64,000 nucleotides of DNA, taken from contig CAWAIF010000003.1 in assembly GCA_963782055.1 (NCBI GenBank), forward strand, positions 2,944,001 to 3,008,000, written 5' to 3'. Both the position numbers and the translations under genes were made by a program. The notes beneath the pieces are model-generated. The model was not told the origin of the DNA. It ran no database searches and saw only the letters and a list, made by a program, of their open reading frames with translations. Each line of letters opens with the position of its first letter. Within the stretch, counting starts at the first letter, position 1. Positions 21,360 through 31,482 of the stretch are shown one piece after another. This DNA is from an uncultured delta proteobacterium. Lineage in GTDB: Bacteria; Myxococcota_A; Polyangia; Polyangiales; Polyangiaceae.

Positions 21360-21422
21360 GGCATCCCCCACAGCACCCCCCGTGCCACCCCCCCTTCCCC
21401 CAGATTTCCCGCGAAACGTCGA

Positions 21423-21442
21423 ATTGCGAGGATGCTAGCAAT
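21423..21442. promoter_or_regulatory. 20-bp palindrome ATTGCGAGGATGCTAGCAAT containing a minus-strand TGC-TAGCAT extended -10
   Basis: Read directly; lies upstream of the MarR gene; 17/20 identical to 23942..23961. Confidence 0.5.
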
Positions 21443-21458
21443 CCGACGTTGGGTGTCC

Positions 21459-21498
21459 GGGGACAGGGGGAGGGGACAGGGGGACAGGGGCGGGGGGG
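21459..21498 (+). repeat. G-rich tract with three GGGGACAGGGG-like units
   Basis: GGGGACAGGGGGAGGGGACAGGGGGACAGGGGCGGGGGGG. Confidence 0.7.
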
Positions 21499-21566
21499 CG
21501 CGTTGACGGACGCTCGACGATGGTGTGGGGGCTCCGCTGCGGGCGGAGGCCGCGACCCCCAGGGTT

Positions 21567-22532
21567 TCAGAGGCCGTACTTGGTCTTCAGATAGGTGTCG
21601 ATGGCGGTCATGTCGTTGTCGCTGAGCGTTCCCTTGACCGCCAGCTCCTCGGCGATATCGCCCTGGAGGTAGCCGCCCTGGAACCCGCGACTCCCGATGA
21701 AGACGATGGCGTTGGCGAGGGTGACGTCGGCCGCGGCGTTGTTGGACGTGTCCTTGGCTCCGTCCACCCAGACCTCGAGCGCCGTGCCGTTGCGGCGGAT
21801 GGCCCAGCGATGGGGCTTGCCGTCGTTGTTGGTCGTGCTGGCGCTGGTCACGGTGACGTTGCCGACGGTGCCGCCCACCGCCGCCACCGCGCCGCCACCG
21901 GTGGTGTTGCCGAAGAGCCCCAGGGTTGTCTGGCTGTTGTACGTGGCCCGGAAGTAGAAGTAGGTGGAGCCCGCGCCCTGACCCGTCGCCGGGTTGGTGT
22001 ACGAGCCGACCAGCGCCACGGCGAAATCGCCCGTGCCCCACTGCAGCGACTTGTCGTTGTTGTCCGCGATGGTCAGGTACTGGTGCTGCTGGTAGTTCTG
22101 GGGAGGCGTGAAGCGGATGACGGGCAGCCCGTTGATCCCCTTGGCCACGACGGTGGGCTGGTGCGACTGGTTGCCCTGACCGCCGGAGGCGTCGTTCTTG
22201 TGGCTGGTCTGGTCCGCCCACGCCGAGACGTTGTTGTTGTTCTGCGTGACGCCCTTGGCCGCATCGAGCCAGAGCACGAGGCCGCTGAGCTGGCTGGGGT
22301 CCCACGAGCCGGCGTCGCCCGTGTTGCCGGAGTCAGTGTTGCCGGAGTCCGCCACCCCCGAGTCGTCGGTGTTGCCGGAGTCGTCGCCCGTGCCGGTGTC
22401 GCTCGTCACGCCCGTGTCGGTCGCCACCCCCGTGTCGGTTCCGCCGCCGTCGACATCCACCGAGACGTCGTCCCCTCCGCAAGCCGCCGTGGTCAAGAGC
22501 GTCGCGGCGCCCCAAAGGATCCATGCACGCAT
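21567..22532 (-). CDS. Lipoprotein with D[ST]G-repeat linker and LamG/ConA-like domain
   Basis: Lipobox TAAC; WDPSQLSGLVLWLDA...VSAWADQT...GINGLPVIRF...GDIAEEL...YLKTKYGL. Confidence 0.8.
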   Translation of the reverse strand: MRAWILWGAATLLTTAACGGDDVSVDVDGGGTDTGVATDTGVTSDTGTGDDSGNTDDSGVADSGNTDSGNTGDAGSWDPSQLSGLVLWLDAAKGVTQNNNNVSAWADQTSHKNDASGGQGNQSHQPTVVAKGINGLPVIRFTPPQNYQQHQYLTIADNNDKSLQWGTGDFAVALVGSYTNPATGQGAGSTYFYFRATYNSQTTLGLFGNTTGGGAVAAVGGTVGNVTVTSASTTNNDGKPHRWAIRRNGTALEVWVDGAKDTSNNAAADVTLANAIVFIGSRGFQGGYLQGDIAEELAVKGTLSDNDMTAIDTYLKTKYGL

Positions 22533-22570
22533 AGGCAAGCCTCCTGGTTGAGCTCGTATCAGACGCAAGG

Positions 22571-23857
22571 TTAGCAGCTCGGTGGGGTGGTGGTACGCCG
22601 TTCGCGCCGGCGCCGGCCCCACAACAGCGGGAGGAGGAGCAGGAGCGGCCAGCGCGAGGGGCGCGATCCCGAGGCGTTGCAGCCCCCTCCGGGCGTGATG
22701 ACGCCGTCCTCGCCGTCGCCGGGTGCGGCGTCCGCCCCCGCGTCGGCATTGAGGGCGTTCATGCACGCGCCCTGGCTGCAGATCGCACCGGGAGGACAGT
22801 CCGCCAGCGTGGTGCACTTGTCCGGGCCCCCCTTGCAGCCGTCCTGCGACACACACTGGAGGTCGCCGGCGCCGCTGGTGGGCAGGCAGCGGAAGCCCGC
22901 TCCGCAGTCGGCGTCCGCGGCGCACGAGCGCCCGCACACGCGCCCTCCGGGGAGATCGACGCAGCGCGCGTCCTCACCCACCCCCGCGCACGCTCCCGCC
23001 ACCGGGTCGCAGGGCGAGCAGACCTCCTGCGTCGCGCCCGCACGCTCGCAGGTGCGCGCCACGCACGTGTAGCCGGCGGGGCAGGGGAGGGCCTCGCACC
23101 CCTCCGCGTCGCCCGTGCCGGGATACAGGGCGCAGACGCCGTTCCGGTCGTCCTGCTCGATGGATCTCCAGGCGAGCCCGGGGGGATAGCTCGGCCACAT
23201 GGTGGCGGTGGGGTCGCTGGTGTGGCCCAGGCCGAGCGCGTGGCCGAGCTCGTGGGTGAGCAGGCCGCGCGCGTCCACTGTGTCACCGTGGCCATCGAGC
23301 GACCAGGTGTGCCCTGCGCCGTTGAGGTGGATGTCCACGTCGTAGATCTGGTTCTGCGCGTCGGTGTGCACCACGGCGGTCCCCAGCGCGTCCTCGGTGA
23401 GGCCCGCCGGCCAGGTGTCGTCGTGCCAGTAGATGCCGCTCACGCCATCGTCGCCCGGCGGGTTGGCGGTGGTGCCGGCGAAGGTGGCCCGCCACGCGGT
23501 GCACGGCGCGCGCCCCCACGTGCGTAGCGCCACGTCCACCTCCGCGTCGGTGTCGGCCCCCAGGTCCCGACTGCGCGGCAGCCCGAGGTAGAAGGGCACC
23601 GGCAGGGCCGACGTGGGCCACACCGCCGGGGGCGAGTTGGGTTTCCAGGCGGGGACGATGGGGAAGGCGGGGTCTGCGAGAAAGACACGGCCTCCGCGCG
23701 CGCTCGGCCCCCCGACGGCGCGTAGCGTCACCAGCTTTCCGCCCGGCAGGCGCAGGCGCGTGACCGTCACCGGATCGCTGGTCCATGCCACGTGCTCGAC
23801 GCTGGAGGAGACCACCACCGCGTCGCTCGCCGGGCTGACGGCCGGAAGGGCGTGCAC
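22571..23857 (-). CDS. Matrixin (M10-like) zinc metalloprotease with Cys-rich repeats and MYXO-CTERM-like tail
   Basis: HELGHALGLGH, Met-turn ATMWP; Cys-rich region; GGGCNAS...WPLLLLLPLLWGRRRR. Confidence 0.85.
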   Translation of the reverse strand: MHALPAVSPASDAVVVSSSVEHVAWTSDPVTVTRLRLPGGKLVTLRAVGGPSARGGRVFLADPAFPIVPAWKPNSPPAVWPTSALPVPFYLGLPRSRDLGADTDAEVDVALRTWGRAPCTAWRATFAGTTANPPGDDGVSGIYWHDDTWPAGLTEDALGTAVVHTDAQNQIYDVDIHLNGAGHTWSLDGHGDTVDARGLLTHELGHALGLGHTSDPTATMWPSYPPGLAWRSIEQDDRNGVCALYPGTGDAEGCEALPCPAGYTCVARTCERAGATQEVCSPCDPVAGACAGVGEDARCVDLPGGRVCGRSCAADADCGAGFRCLPTSGAGDLQCVSQDGCKGGPDKCTTLADCPPGAICSQGACMNALNADAGADAAPGDGEDGVITPGGGCNASGSRPSRWPLLLLLPLLWGRRRRERRTTTPPSC

Positions 23858-23941
23858 GGGTCCAGCGTAGCACCCGCGGCGCGACGCCCGCTCCGCTCCA
23901 CCTGGCCGTCGTGCCTCCGCGGTGGGGCGTGCCGCGGCCGG

Positions 23942-23961
23942 ATCGCGAGCATGCTAGCGAT
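23942..23961. promoter_or_regulatory. 20-bp palindrome ATCGCGAGCATGCTAGCGAT between divergent protease and ECF genes
   Basis: Read directly; extends to GATC...GATC (23941..23962). Confidence 0.5.
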
Positions 23962-24011
23962 CGAGCGTCTGGCGCCGAAACCCCTCGCCCCACCCCGGCG
24001 TATCCCTTCGG

Positions 24012-24701
24012 ATGACCCTCCCCGCCGCAGGCTGGCTCCTCCCGCCCCGCGCTCCTGCGCGCGCGCCGGCCGCCGCCGCGGGTTTTGGTGGTATGACCCG
24101 GACCGTGACGGCCGAGCGAACCCCCGCGGATCGCGCGATGGAACGCTACGCGTCGGGGAACGACGCGGCGTTCGGCGAGGTCTACGACACGGTCGCGCCG
24201 CGCCTCTACGGCTACCTCGTCCGTCAGACGCGCAGCGAGGCGAAGGCGCAGGACATCCTGCAGCAGACCCTCCTCAAGATGCACCTCGCCCGTGGCAGCT
24301 TCATGCCCGGGGCGAGCGTCATGCCGTGGGCCTACGCGATCGCGCGGAGGCTGGTCATCGACGGTGTCCGCCGCGGCCGCCGGGAGGTCCCGCTCGACCC
24401 CGAGGACGCGGCGCAGGCGCCCGCCGACCCGGCGACTGCCCCGCCGGGTGCCGACGAGCTGGTGGCCGCCGGGCAGCTCGCGCGACGCCTGGCGCAGGAG
24501 CTCGCCAAGCTCCCGGAGGGCCAGCGCGTCGCCTTCGAGCTCATCAAGCAGGAAGAGCTGTCGGTGGCGGAGGCGGCGGAGGTCCTCGGCACCACCGTCT
24601 CCGCGGTGAAGCTGCGCGCCCACCGCGCCTACCTCGCCTTGCGTGAGGCGATGGGTGACCTGGCGGGGACGCCCCCGGGCGAGAAGAAGGAGGTCGCATG
24701 A
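24012..24701 (+). CDS. ECF sigma factor (start may be 24093)
   Basis: AFGEVYD..APRLYGYL...AQDILQQTLLKMH...WAYAIAR; LPEGQRVAF...SVAEAAEVLG..VSAVKLRAHRAY. Confidence 0.92.
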   Translation: MTLPAAGWLLPPRAPARAPAAAAGFGGMTRTVTAERTPADRAMERYASGNDAAFGEVYDTVAPRLYGYLVRQTRSEAKAQDILQQTLLKMHLARGSFMPGASVMPWAYAIARRLVIDGVRRGRREVPLDPEDAAQAPADPATAPPGADELVAAGQLARRLAQELAKLPEGQRVAFELIKQEELSVAEAAEVLGTTVSAVKLRAHRAYLALREAMGDLAGTPPGEKKEVA

Positions 24702-25351
24702 GCGCCACCCTCCCGCCCGAGCTCCGCGCGCACATGCTCGAGCGCGTCCGCGCCCGGCCGGTACCCTCCCGCGCGGCGACGCTGCGGCGTCAGGTCCTCG
24801 GCGTCGTGCTCGGCGCGGCGGTCGCCGTCGTGCTCCTCGCCGCCCTCGGATTTTCCCTCGGCGGCCGGCCGGTCACCTTCTTCGTGCTCTCCGGCATCGG
24901 CTGGGCGGCGCTGGCGCTCGCGGCGACGTGGGGGGCCGTCGGCCGCGGCGGATCCATGCTCGGGCGCGCCCGCATCGCGCTGGTGATCGTCGCCACGCTC
25001 ACCGCCCCAGCCATCTACGCCTGGGTGATGGGCTGCACCCTCGGCTGGCCGGGCGTCCGTGCGACGAGCGCGCCCTGGGCCGCCAACATCGCGTGTCTGG
25101 TGGCGACCACCGTCTTCTCCCTCGGCCCGCTCGCCGGCTTCGCCCTCGTGCGACTGCGCAGCGATCCGGTGCATCCCCGCTTGACGGGTGCGGCCATCGG
25201 GGCGGCCGCGGGCGCGTGGGGCGGCGTCCTCATCGACATGCACTGCGGCAACGTCCACCCCTTCCACGTCGCCTTCGGCCACGTCATGCCGGTGCTCGTC
25301 TACGTGGCGCTCGGCGCCCTGCTCGGCCGGCGCCTCTTCGGGGTACGCTGA
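24698..25351 (+). CDS. NrsF/DUF1109-family membrane anti-sigma factor
   Basis: ATGA overlap with the ECF gene; several TMs; ACL...PVHPRLTGAAIGAAAG...MHC...HVAFGH. Confidence 0.85.
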   Translation: MSATLPPELRAHMLERVRARPVPSRAATLRRQVLGVVLGAAVAVVLLAALGFSLGGRPVTFFVLSGIGWAALALAATWGAVGRGGSMLGRARIALVIVATLTAPAIYAWVMGCTLGWPGVRATSAPWAANIACLVATTVFSLGPLAGFALVRLRSDPVHPRLTGAAIGAAAGAWGGVLIDMHCGNVHPFHVAFGHVMPVLVYVALGALLGRRLFGVR

Positions 25352-25362
25352 CGGTCACCGCC

Positions 25363-25788
<426 letters not shown>

Positions 25789-25799
25789 AGCGCGCGCCG

Positions 25800-26561
25800 T
25801 CACGCCGGGCTGACGTGGACGCGGCTGGTCACGTCGCGCACGCCGGCCACGTACCAGGCGTCGCGCTCGGCGATCTGCCGCTGCTCCTCGCTGCGCAGCG
25901 TACCGAACAGCGTCACGTGGCCGCCCGCGGTCCGCACGCCGAGCTGTCCGGCGTCGAGCAGCGGCTCCTTCTCCAGCACGATGCGCACCACGTCGTTGAT
26001 CTCGTCGTCGCTGTCCTCCTCCGGCGGCATCGCCCGCAGCGTGTTCCGCACGTCGCGCGTGCCGGGGACCCACCACGCCAGGACGCCGGCGAGCCGCGCG
26101 TGGGAGAGGCTGGGTACCTCACCCTCCAGCGTGACGACGCCGCCCTCCACGGTCGCGGTGACGTCACCGTGCCGCGCGACGGGATCGCGCGCGACGGTCT
26201 CGTCGCCCTCGGCGCGCAGCACGATCCGGCACTCCTGGAGTGTCGCCTCGCCCAGCACGGCGCGCATCAGGTGATCACGGATCTCGGCGTCGCCCATGGC
26301 GCCGGCGGGCCGTACCCCGATGTGGTCGACGACATGCCGTACCTCGGGCAGCACGAGCACGAGCTCGAGCGCGCGCTTCTTTGCCGCCACCTCCGCCACC
26401 TCGCCGGTGAGCGTGAGCGTGCCCCCCTCGAGCGCGGCCTCGATGGGATGCGCCTTGACGTCCAGGCGCGGGTCGCTCTCGAGCAGGCCCAGCACCCGCC
26501 GGAGCGTGCGTGCGGGGTCTTGCGTCTCGTCGTCGTGGTCCGTCAGGCCTCGTAGAGCCAT
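25800..26561 (-). CDS. Triple BON-domain protein
   Basis: Three repeats: GTLTLTGEV...VRHVVDHI, GVVTLEGEV...GTRDVRNTL, GHVTLFGTL...GVRDVTSRV. Confidence 0.88.
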   Translation of the reverse strand: MALRGLTDHDDETQDPARTLRRVLGLLESDPRLDVKAHPIEAALEGGTLTLTGEVAEVAAKKRALELVLVLPEVRHVVDHIGVRPAGAMGDAEIRDHLMRAVLGEATLQECRIVLRAEGDETVARDPVARHGDVTATVEGGVVTLEGEVPSLSHARLAGVLAWWVPGTRDVRNTLRAMPPEEDSDDEINDVVRIVLEKEPLLDAGQLGVRTAGGHVTLFGTLRSEEQRQIAERDAWYVAGVRDVTSRVHVSPA

Positions 26562-26754
26562 GGGCTTCCTCCGCACGGCACCACGCAAGCTTCGTGCTCG
26601 CCCCCGCGCGCGCGGTCACGCGCGGTCAGGGGTCGTCCTCCCGCCCTTCTTGCGCAACCACCGCAGGCGCGCGCAAGCAGCGCGCGAGCTCGGCCAGGCG
26701 GCGGACTGCTCGCGGGCAGCTCGACCGCGGCCCTTCTCTTGCACGAAAGGAAGC

Positions 26755-27756
26755 ATGCTCCGCGTGCCTCGAATGCCCCGCTCGCTGGCGTCCGCGGCGG
26801 TGCTGGCGGCGGTGCTCGCCTTGCCCGCTGTCGCCCGGGCGGACGCGGCGCCGGGAGCCGCTGGCTCCGCGTCCGCGCAGCCGCCTGCCACGAAGACCGC
26901 GACTGCCGCGAAGACCGCGCCCGCGCCGCACCGCAACCGCGTGCGCTGGGACCCCGCATGGCCGCACGCCAACGCGTGGGATTACACGCTCGCCGGTGTG
27001 GGCGCCACGACGGCGCTGGTCGAGGCGATCGTGCTGCAGCCGATGAGGCCGCCCCTGCACTGGACGGATCCCATCCTGTTCGACAGCGACGTGCGCGACG
27101 CCCTGCGCCTCACCGACCCCACCGGACGCGACGTGCTGGAGGGCGTGAGCTGGGGGCTCTGGGGCGCGCAGCTCGCGCTGCCCCTGCTCGTGGACGTGCC
27201 GTACGCGTGGGGCCGCTACGGCTTCTGGTTGGCGCGCGACCTCTTCTGGCAGGACGCGGCCACCCTCACCGTCGCGGCCGCGCTCGACCTGGGGCTCCGC
27301 AATCTCGCCGGCCGCGCGCGTCCCTTGACCTACGACTGCCTCTCCCACGGCGGCACCAACTGCCTCGACGGGGTGGAGACCACGCGTTCCTTCCCGGGCG
27401 GGCACCTCATCAACGCGACGGCGGCCTCGGTGCTCGCGTGCACGCAGCACCTCTACACGCACCTGTACGGCGGTCCCTGGGACGCCGTGGCGTGCGCCAC
27501 GACGTTGGCGTCGGACATGACCATCACCGTGCTGCGCGTGGTGACCGACAACCACTGGGCGACCGACCAGCTCGCCGGCCTGGCGATCGGCGCCCTCGTC
27601 GGGTGGGGGGTGCCCTACCTGATGCACTACCGGTTTCACGGTCGCCCGGCGGCCGACGAGACGTCATCCTCGTCGTCGCCGCCGGGCGCTCTCATCCTGC
27701 CGGTGCCGCTCGCCTACGAGGGGGGCGGCGGCCTCGGCGTGGCCGCGATCTTCTGA
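26755..27756 (+). CDS. PAP2-family phosphatase with signal peptide
   Basis: R..AGRARP, SFPGGH, LRVVTDNHWATD motifs; start at 26755 or 26773. Confidence 0.85.
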   Translation: MLRVPRMPRSLASAAVLAAVLALPAVARADAAPGAAGSASAQPPATKTATAAKTAPAPHRNRVRWDPAWPHANAWDYTLAGVGATTALVEAIVLQPMRPPLHWTDPILFDSDVRDALRLTDPTGRDVLEGVSWGLWGAQLALPLLVDVPYAWGRYGFWLARDLFWQDAATLTVAAALDLGLRNLAGRARPLTYDCLSHGGTNCLDGVETTRSFPGGHLINATAASVLACTQHLYTHLYGGPWDAVACATTLASDMTITVLRVVTDNHWATDQLAGLAIGALVGWGVPYLMHYRFHGRPAADETSSSSSPPGALILPVPLAYEGGGGLGVAAIF

Positions 27757-27812
27757 GGCTCCACGCTCGTCGCGGGCCGCCGGCCCGAAGGGCGCGTGGA
27801 GGACGCTCGCCG

Positions 27813-28730
27813 CTACTGGGTGAGGCGGAAGAACTCGTCCATCGGCGTGGCGTTCGCGGTCGTCGCGAGGCGCGGGAGTCGCAGGATGTCCTCGACGGTG
27901 GCCAGGTACGACGCGTGGTCGAAGGCGGTCTGGCTCACGTAGCCGTTCGCCACCAGGTTGGGCGAGGCGACGATGGTCGCCAGGTTGGCGCCGGCGCCCA
28001 GGAAGCGCGTGTTGCCCTCGTCGAAGAGGACGAAGAGCGCGCCGCCGTTCTTGTAGCCCGGGGAGTCCATGATCTGCGTCACGACCTTCTTCAGCCATGC
28101 GTCGACGACGTCACCGGGGCAGTTGTGCATGTCGTTGCACATGTTCGGCGTGATCCACATGTAGCGGTACGTGTTCGCCGCGAGGTCGGTCGCGAAGTTC
28201 TGGTCGAAGTCCACCACGTGGTCTGCGCAGCGTGAGGGGTTGCTCGCCATCGTCGTGTAGTAGACGAAGGGGTTGTGGTGGGCGGAGTAGTCGCCCGTCG
28301 TGTCGAACTTGCAGGGCTCGCCCATGCTCTCCATGTACGCGCGCCACGGGACGCTCGCAGCGTCGAGCTGGTCGGCGATGTTGTCGGTGCCGCCGACCTG
28401 CACGTTGTAGCGGGGGTCGTTGTCGGTGGTGACGCCGTGCGTGCTGCCGGAGGTCATCTCGATGTAGTTGGGCAGGCTCGGGTGCGTGGTGGACACGTAC
28501 GCGGCGGCCTGGCCGTACTGGCTGGCGAGGGAAGAGAAGAAGGGAAGCGTGGGGAGGATGTTGGACTGGTCTTCGTTCTCGAAGACGATGGTGAACACCG
28601 TCCCGGTGACGTTGGGCGCCTGGACACTCGGGTTCCCCTGGACCCCAGGATTGGTGGCCGAGGAGCAACCCGTGGCGAGGGATGCCGTGCCGAGGGCGCC
28701 GGCGGCGAGGAGGGCGATGGCGTGTTTCAT
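27813..28730 (-). CDS. Phosphoesterase (acid phosphatase/alkaline-phosphatase superfamily) lipoprotein
   Basis: Lipobox ATGC; VFTIVFEN, THPSLPNY, HHNPF, ITPNMCNDMH, LFDE, FDHASYLATVE. Confidence 0.88.
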   Translation of the reverse strand: MKHAIALLAAGALGTASLATGCSSATNPGVQGNPSVQAPNVTGTVFTIVFENEDQSNILPTLPFFSSLASQYGQAAAYVSTTHPSLPNYIEMTSGSTHGVTTDNDPRYNVQVGGTDNIADQLDAASVPWRAYMESMGEPCKFDTTGDYSAHHNPFVYYTTMASNPSRCADHVVDFDQNFATDLAANTYRYMWITPNMCNDMHNCPGDVVDAWLKKVVTQIMDSPGYKNGGALFVLFDEGNTRFLGAGANLATIVASPNLVANGYVSQTAFDHASYLATVEDILRLPRLATTANATPMDEFFRLTQ

Positions 28731-28946
28731 GTTTCTTCCTTCCGTACCTGCAGTCTGGGGTCCGTACGGTCAGGTGCAAGGAAGGCGGCTCGCATTGAAA
28801 CTAGCTGAAACGCGCGTGGAATCTCATCTGTAACATGTCTCACGCAGCGAGTGCGTCGCGGCGAAGGAGGTTCGCGTCCGAACGGACGAGCCCCCGATTT
28901 TTGCGTGATTTCGCGTGGCCCGGCGCTTGCTCATCCATTCGCCATC

Positions 28947-29654
28947 ATGTCCACCATCCCCTCCTCTTTCCGTCTCGCGCTGCTGGGCTTGCTCGCCAGC
29001 GCCTGCACGTACCCCACACTCTCGCCACACCTCGCCGAGGGTACGGATGTGCTCAAGCCCGGTCAGATCGGCCTGACGGTGGCCGGCGGCGGCGGCGGCG
29101 GCGGCTACACGATCGCCAGCGGCACCAACAGCACCAGCACCAGCACCGCCGGCGGCGGCGCGGAAGCGCGTGTGCGCGTCGGCTTGCCCGGCCACCAGGA
29201 GATCGGCGCCAGCGGCGCCGCCGGCATCGCCTCTGCCATCACCGGCGACCCGCCGGTCGTCGCCGGCGGTGAGCTCTCCTACAAGATCGCGCCGCTCCCC
29301 TGGATGGCGTTCGTGGTCGATCTCGGGGCGATGGACCGCGTCATCTCCAGCACCGCCATCCTGGGCGGGTCGCTCGCGGCCATCTTCGCCCCCTACACCT
29401 GGAAGGGCGGCTCGCAGTTTTACACCGGCCTCAAGGGCTCGATCACCGTGCCCATCCTCCAGGACGCTTCGGGGACGGCCGAGCTCATCGACGTGCCGGT
29501 GGGCCTCGCGTGGCACGCCAGCGAGCGCGTCCGGCTCTACGCCGAGGGAGGCTTCCTCCTCGGCTTCGACCAGATCAACAGCGGCGGCACCACGACCAGC
29601 ACGTCCGGCTACGGCGGCTACGGGATGCTGGCGTTCGGGTACGTGTTCCGCTGA
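28947..29654 (+). CDS. Hypothetical lipoprotein, probable small outer-membrane beta-barrel
   Basis: Lipobox LASAC; alternating amphipathic strands; C-terminal LAFGYVFR. Confidence 0.7.
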   Translation: MSTIPSSFRLALLGLLASACTYPTLSPHLAEGTDVLKPGQIGLTVAGGGGGGGYTIASGTNSTSTSTAGGGAEARVRVGLPGHQEIGASGAAGIASAITGDPPVVAGGELSYKIAPLPWMAFVVDLGAMDRVISSTAILGGSLAAIFAPYTWKGGSQFYTGLKGSITVPILQDASGTAELIDVPVGLAWHASERVRLYAEGGFLLGFDQINSGGTTTSTSGYGGYGMLAFGYVFR

Positions 29655-29717
29655 ACGGGCCGTAGGGGCGGCCCGCGCCGCCCTAGCCACGCCGGCCCCA
29701 AGCGAGTGGGGAGCCCG

Positions 29718-31472
29718 TCAATGCGTGGGGCGCTCCAGGGCGACGAGGCGGAAGCCGCGGGCGGGGCCGAGGTCGTAGAGGTCGGCGACGAGGGGACCCT
29801 TCGCGACGCCGTCCTCGACGACGACGCGCACGTAGCGCCGGGCGTCGTCGTCCGCCGGGCCGCCGTCGGGCGCGACGTGCGGCAGGGCGACGCAGACCTG
29901 GCCACCTGGGAGGTGGGACGCCGGCAGCGCCTCGCCGCTCATGGTGCGCGCGGCGTAGTGGAAGCTCGCGGCGTCGCGCAGACCGCGCCACTCGGCGAGG
30001 TCCACGCCGCAGAGGGTGGCGCCGCCCGCCACGTGCACGCCGGCGATGGGCGAGAGGCGCGTGAGGTAGCGCTGGAGGATCTTCTGCAGACGCCCGTCCA
30101 GCACCTGCGCGAGGTACGTCGTCTGGGCCGGGTCGGTGAACTTGCCCGTCCGCACCAGGGCGAGCACCAGGTCCGGCGTGAAGTGCGCCAGCACGCGCGC
30201 CATCCAGGCGGCGTCGCGCTCGGTCATGCGGGAGAAGGCCGCGTTGGGGTATTCCGGCTTCCAGTCCTGCGGGACGAAGTCCTTCACGTTGAAGTAGCCG
30301 AAGATCTCGTGGCCCGGCGTGAGGCGCACCGTGTCCCACGGTCGGATCGGGATGCCGAGCGTCGCGAAGTCCGCGCCGATGTCGCCCCAGTCGACGATGT
30401 ACGACGTGCCCAGCCGGCGGTCGATGGGATCCCAGCCCCAGAAGGAGCCCAGCGCCTCGCTGGTGTCGAGCTGGTAGTGGATCACGTGCCCGGGGGAGGA
30501 GTCGGGCGGGCGCTTGGCGTCGGCGATCCAGGTGTCCAGCGAGTTGGCCTCCCGCGCGTCGTGGCGCTCGATCCACGCCGCCAGCAAGCGCATCGCGCGC
30601 AGCTCGCGCCGGTCCTCGTGCGGCACGACGTCGCTCGGGTCGTCGTCGCGCGTGCCGTCGTAGCGGAAGGGGCCGATGGCGTAGCCGTCGATCCACGCCG
30701 ACGCGCTCACGCGCACCAGGCCGTCGCGCCGGGTGGCGCGCGCGATGTCGGCGTCGAAGGCCGCCCTGTCGTACGGCTTCCGCGCGCTGAAGTTGTTCGC
30801 GTAGGTGAGGCCGGGGGTGAGCGTGAAGACCGAGGGGCTGACGTACAGCACCTGCTCGCACGGCGCGTTGTAGCCGGCGGCGTAGAAGACCCTGGAGCCG
30901 ATCACCGTGGCCGCGCTCTGCCGCTCCGGCTCCTCGTCGGCGAGCTCCAGCTTGATGTAGTACTTGCCCTTGCCCGGCACGCGGACCCGGAATGCGGGCG
31001 TCCAGCCCTGGGTCTTGCCCTTGTCGATCACCCACGACCCCTCGGCCGCGTGGGCGGGGTCGAGGAGCTGGTCGGGGCGGCACGCGCCCATCGTGATCTG
31101 CGCGGGCGTCATGGGGTGGAGCCCGATGCGGTTCTGGAACCACGTCGAGTCGGGCACCTCGTCCATGCTGTTGACGTCGACCGACTCGCCGCTCGTCTGC
31201 AGATAGAGCGCATCGGAGAGGGGGCGGAAGAAGAGGTTGTCGGCGCCGTCCCAGTAGAGCGGCGAGTCGTAGGGCTCCGGCGCGCACGACACGTGGTGGG
31301 GGTCCTTCTTGTCCGGCTGCTCGTGACAGCGCGCGTAGACCGACGCGAGATCGCCGTCGCGCCACACCGGCGCCGCGAGCGGGAAGCGCGCCTCCGTCGA
31401 CGCGCAGCCGGTCGACGCGCAGCCGGCGAGGACGGCGAGGGCGACGAGTCCGAGCGTGGTTCTGGCGTTCAT
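29718..31472 (-). CDS. Uncharacterised lipoprotein with atypical protein-kinase-like motifs
   Basis: Lipobox LAGC; KTQGWTP..., YYIKLE, HDAREAN (DxxxxN) and QLDTSEALG in kinase-fold order. Confidence 0.75.
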   Translation of the reverse strand: MNARTTLGLVALAVLAGCASTGCASTEARFPLAAPVWRDGDLASVYARCHEQPDKKDPHHVSCAPEPYDSPLYWDGADNLFFRPLSDALYLQTSGESVDVNSMDEVPDSTWFQNRIGLHPMTPAQITMGACRPDQLLDPAHAAEGSWVIDKGKTQGWTPAFRVRVPGKGKYYIKLELADEEPERQSAATVIGSRVFYAAGYNAPCEQVLYVSPSVFTLTPGLTYANNFSARKPYDRAAFDADIARATRRDGLVRVSASAWIDGYAIGPFRYDGTRDDDPSDVVPHEDRRELRAMRLLAAWIERHDAREANSLDTWIADAKRPPDSSPGHVIHYQLDTSEALGSFWGWDPIDRRLGTSYIVDWGDIGADFATLGIPIRPWDTVRLTPGHEIFGYFNVKDFVPQDWKPEYPNAAFSRMTERDAAWMARVLAHFTPDLVLALVRTGKFTDPAQTTYLAQVLDGRLQKILQRYLTRLSPIAGVHVAGGATLCGVDLAEWRGLRDAASFHYAARTMSGEALPASHLPGGQVCVALPHVAPDGGPADDDARRYVRVVVEDGVAKGPLVADLYDLGPARGFRLVALERPTH

Positions 31473-31482
31473 GGCTTCTCCA

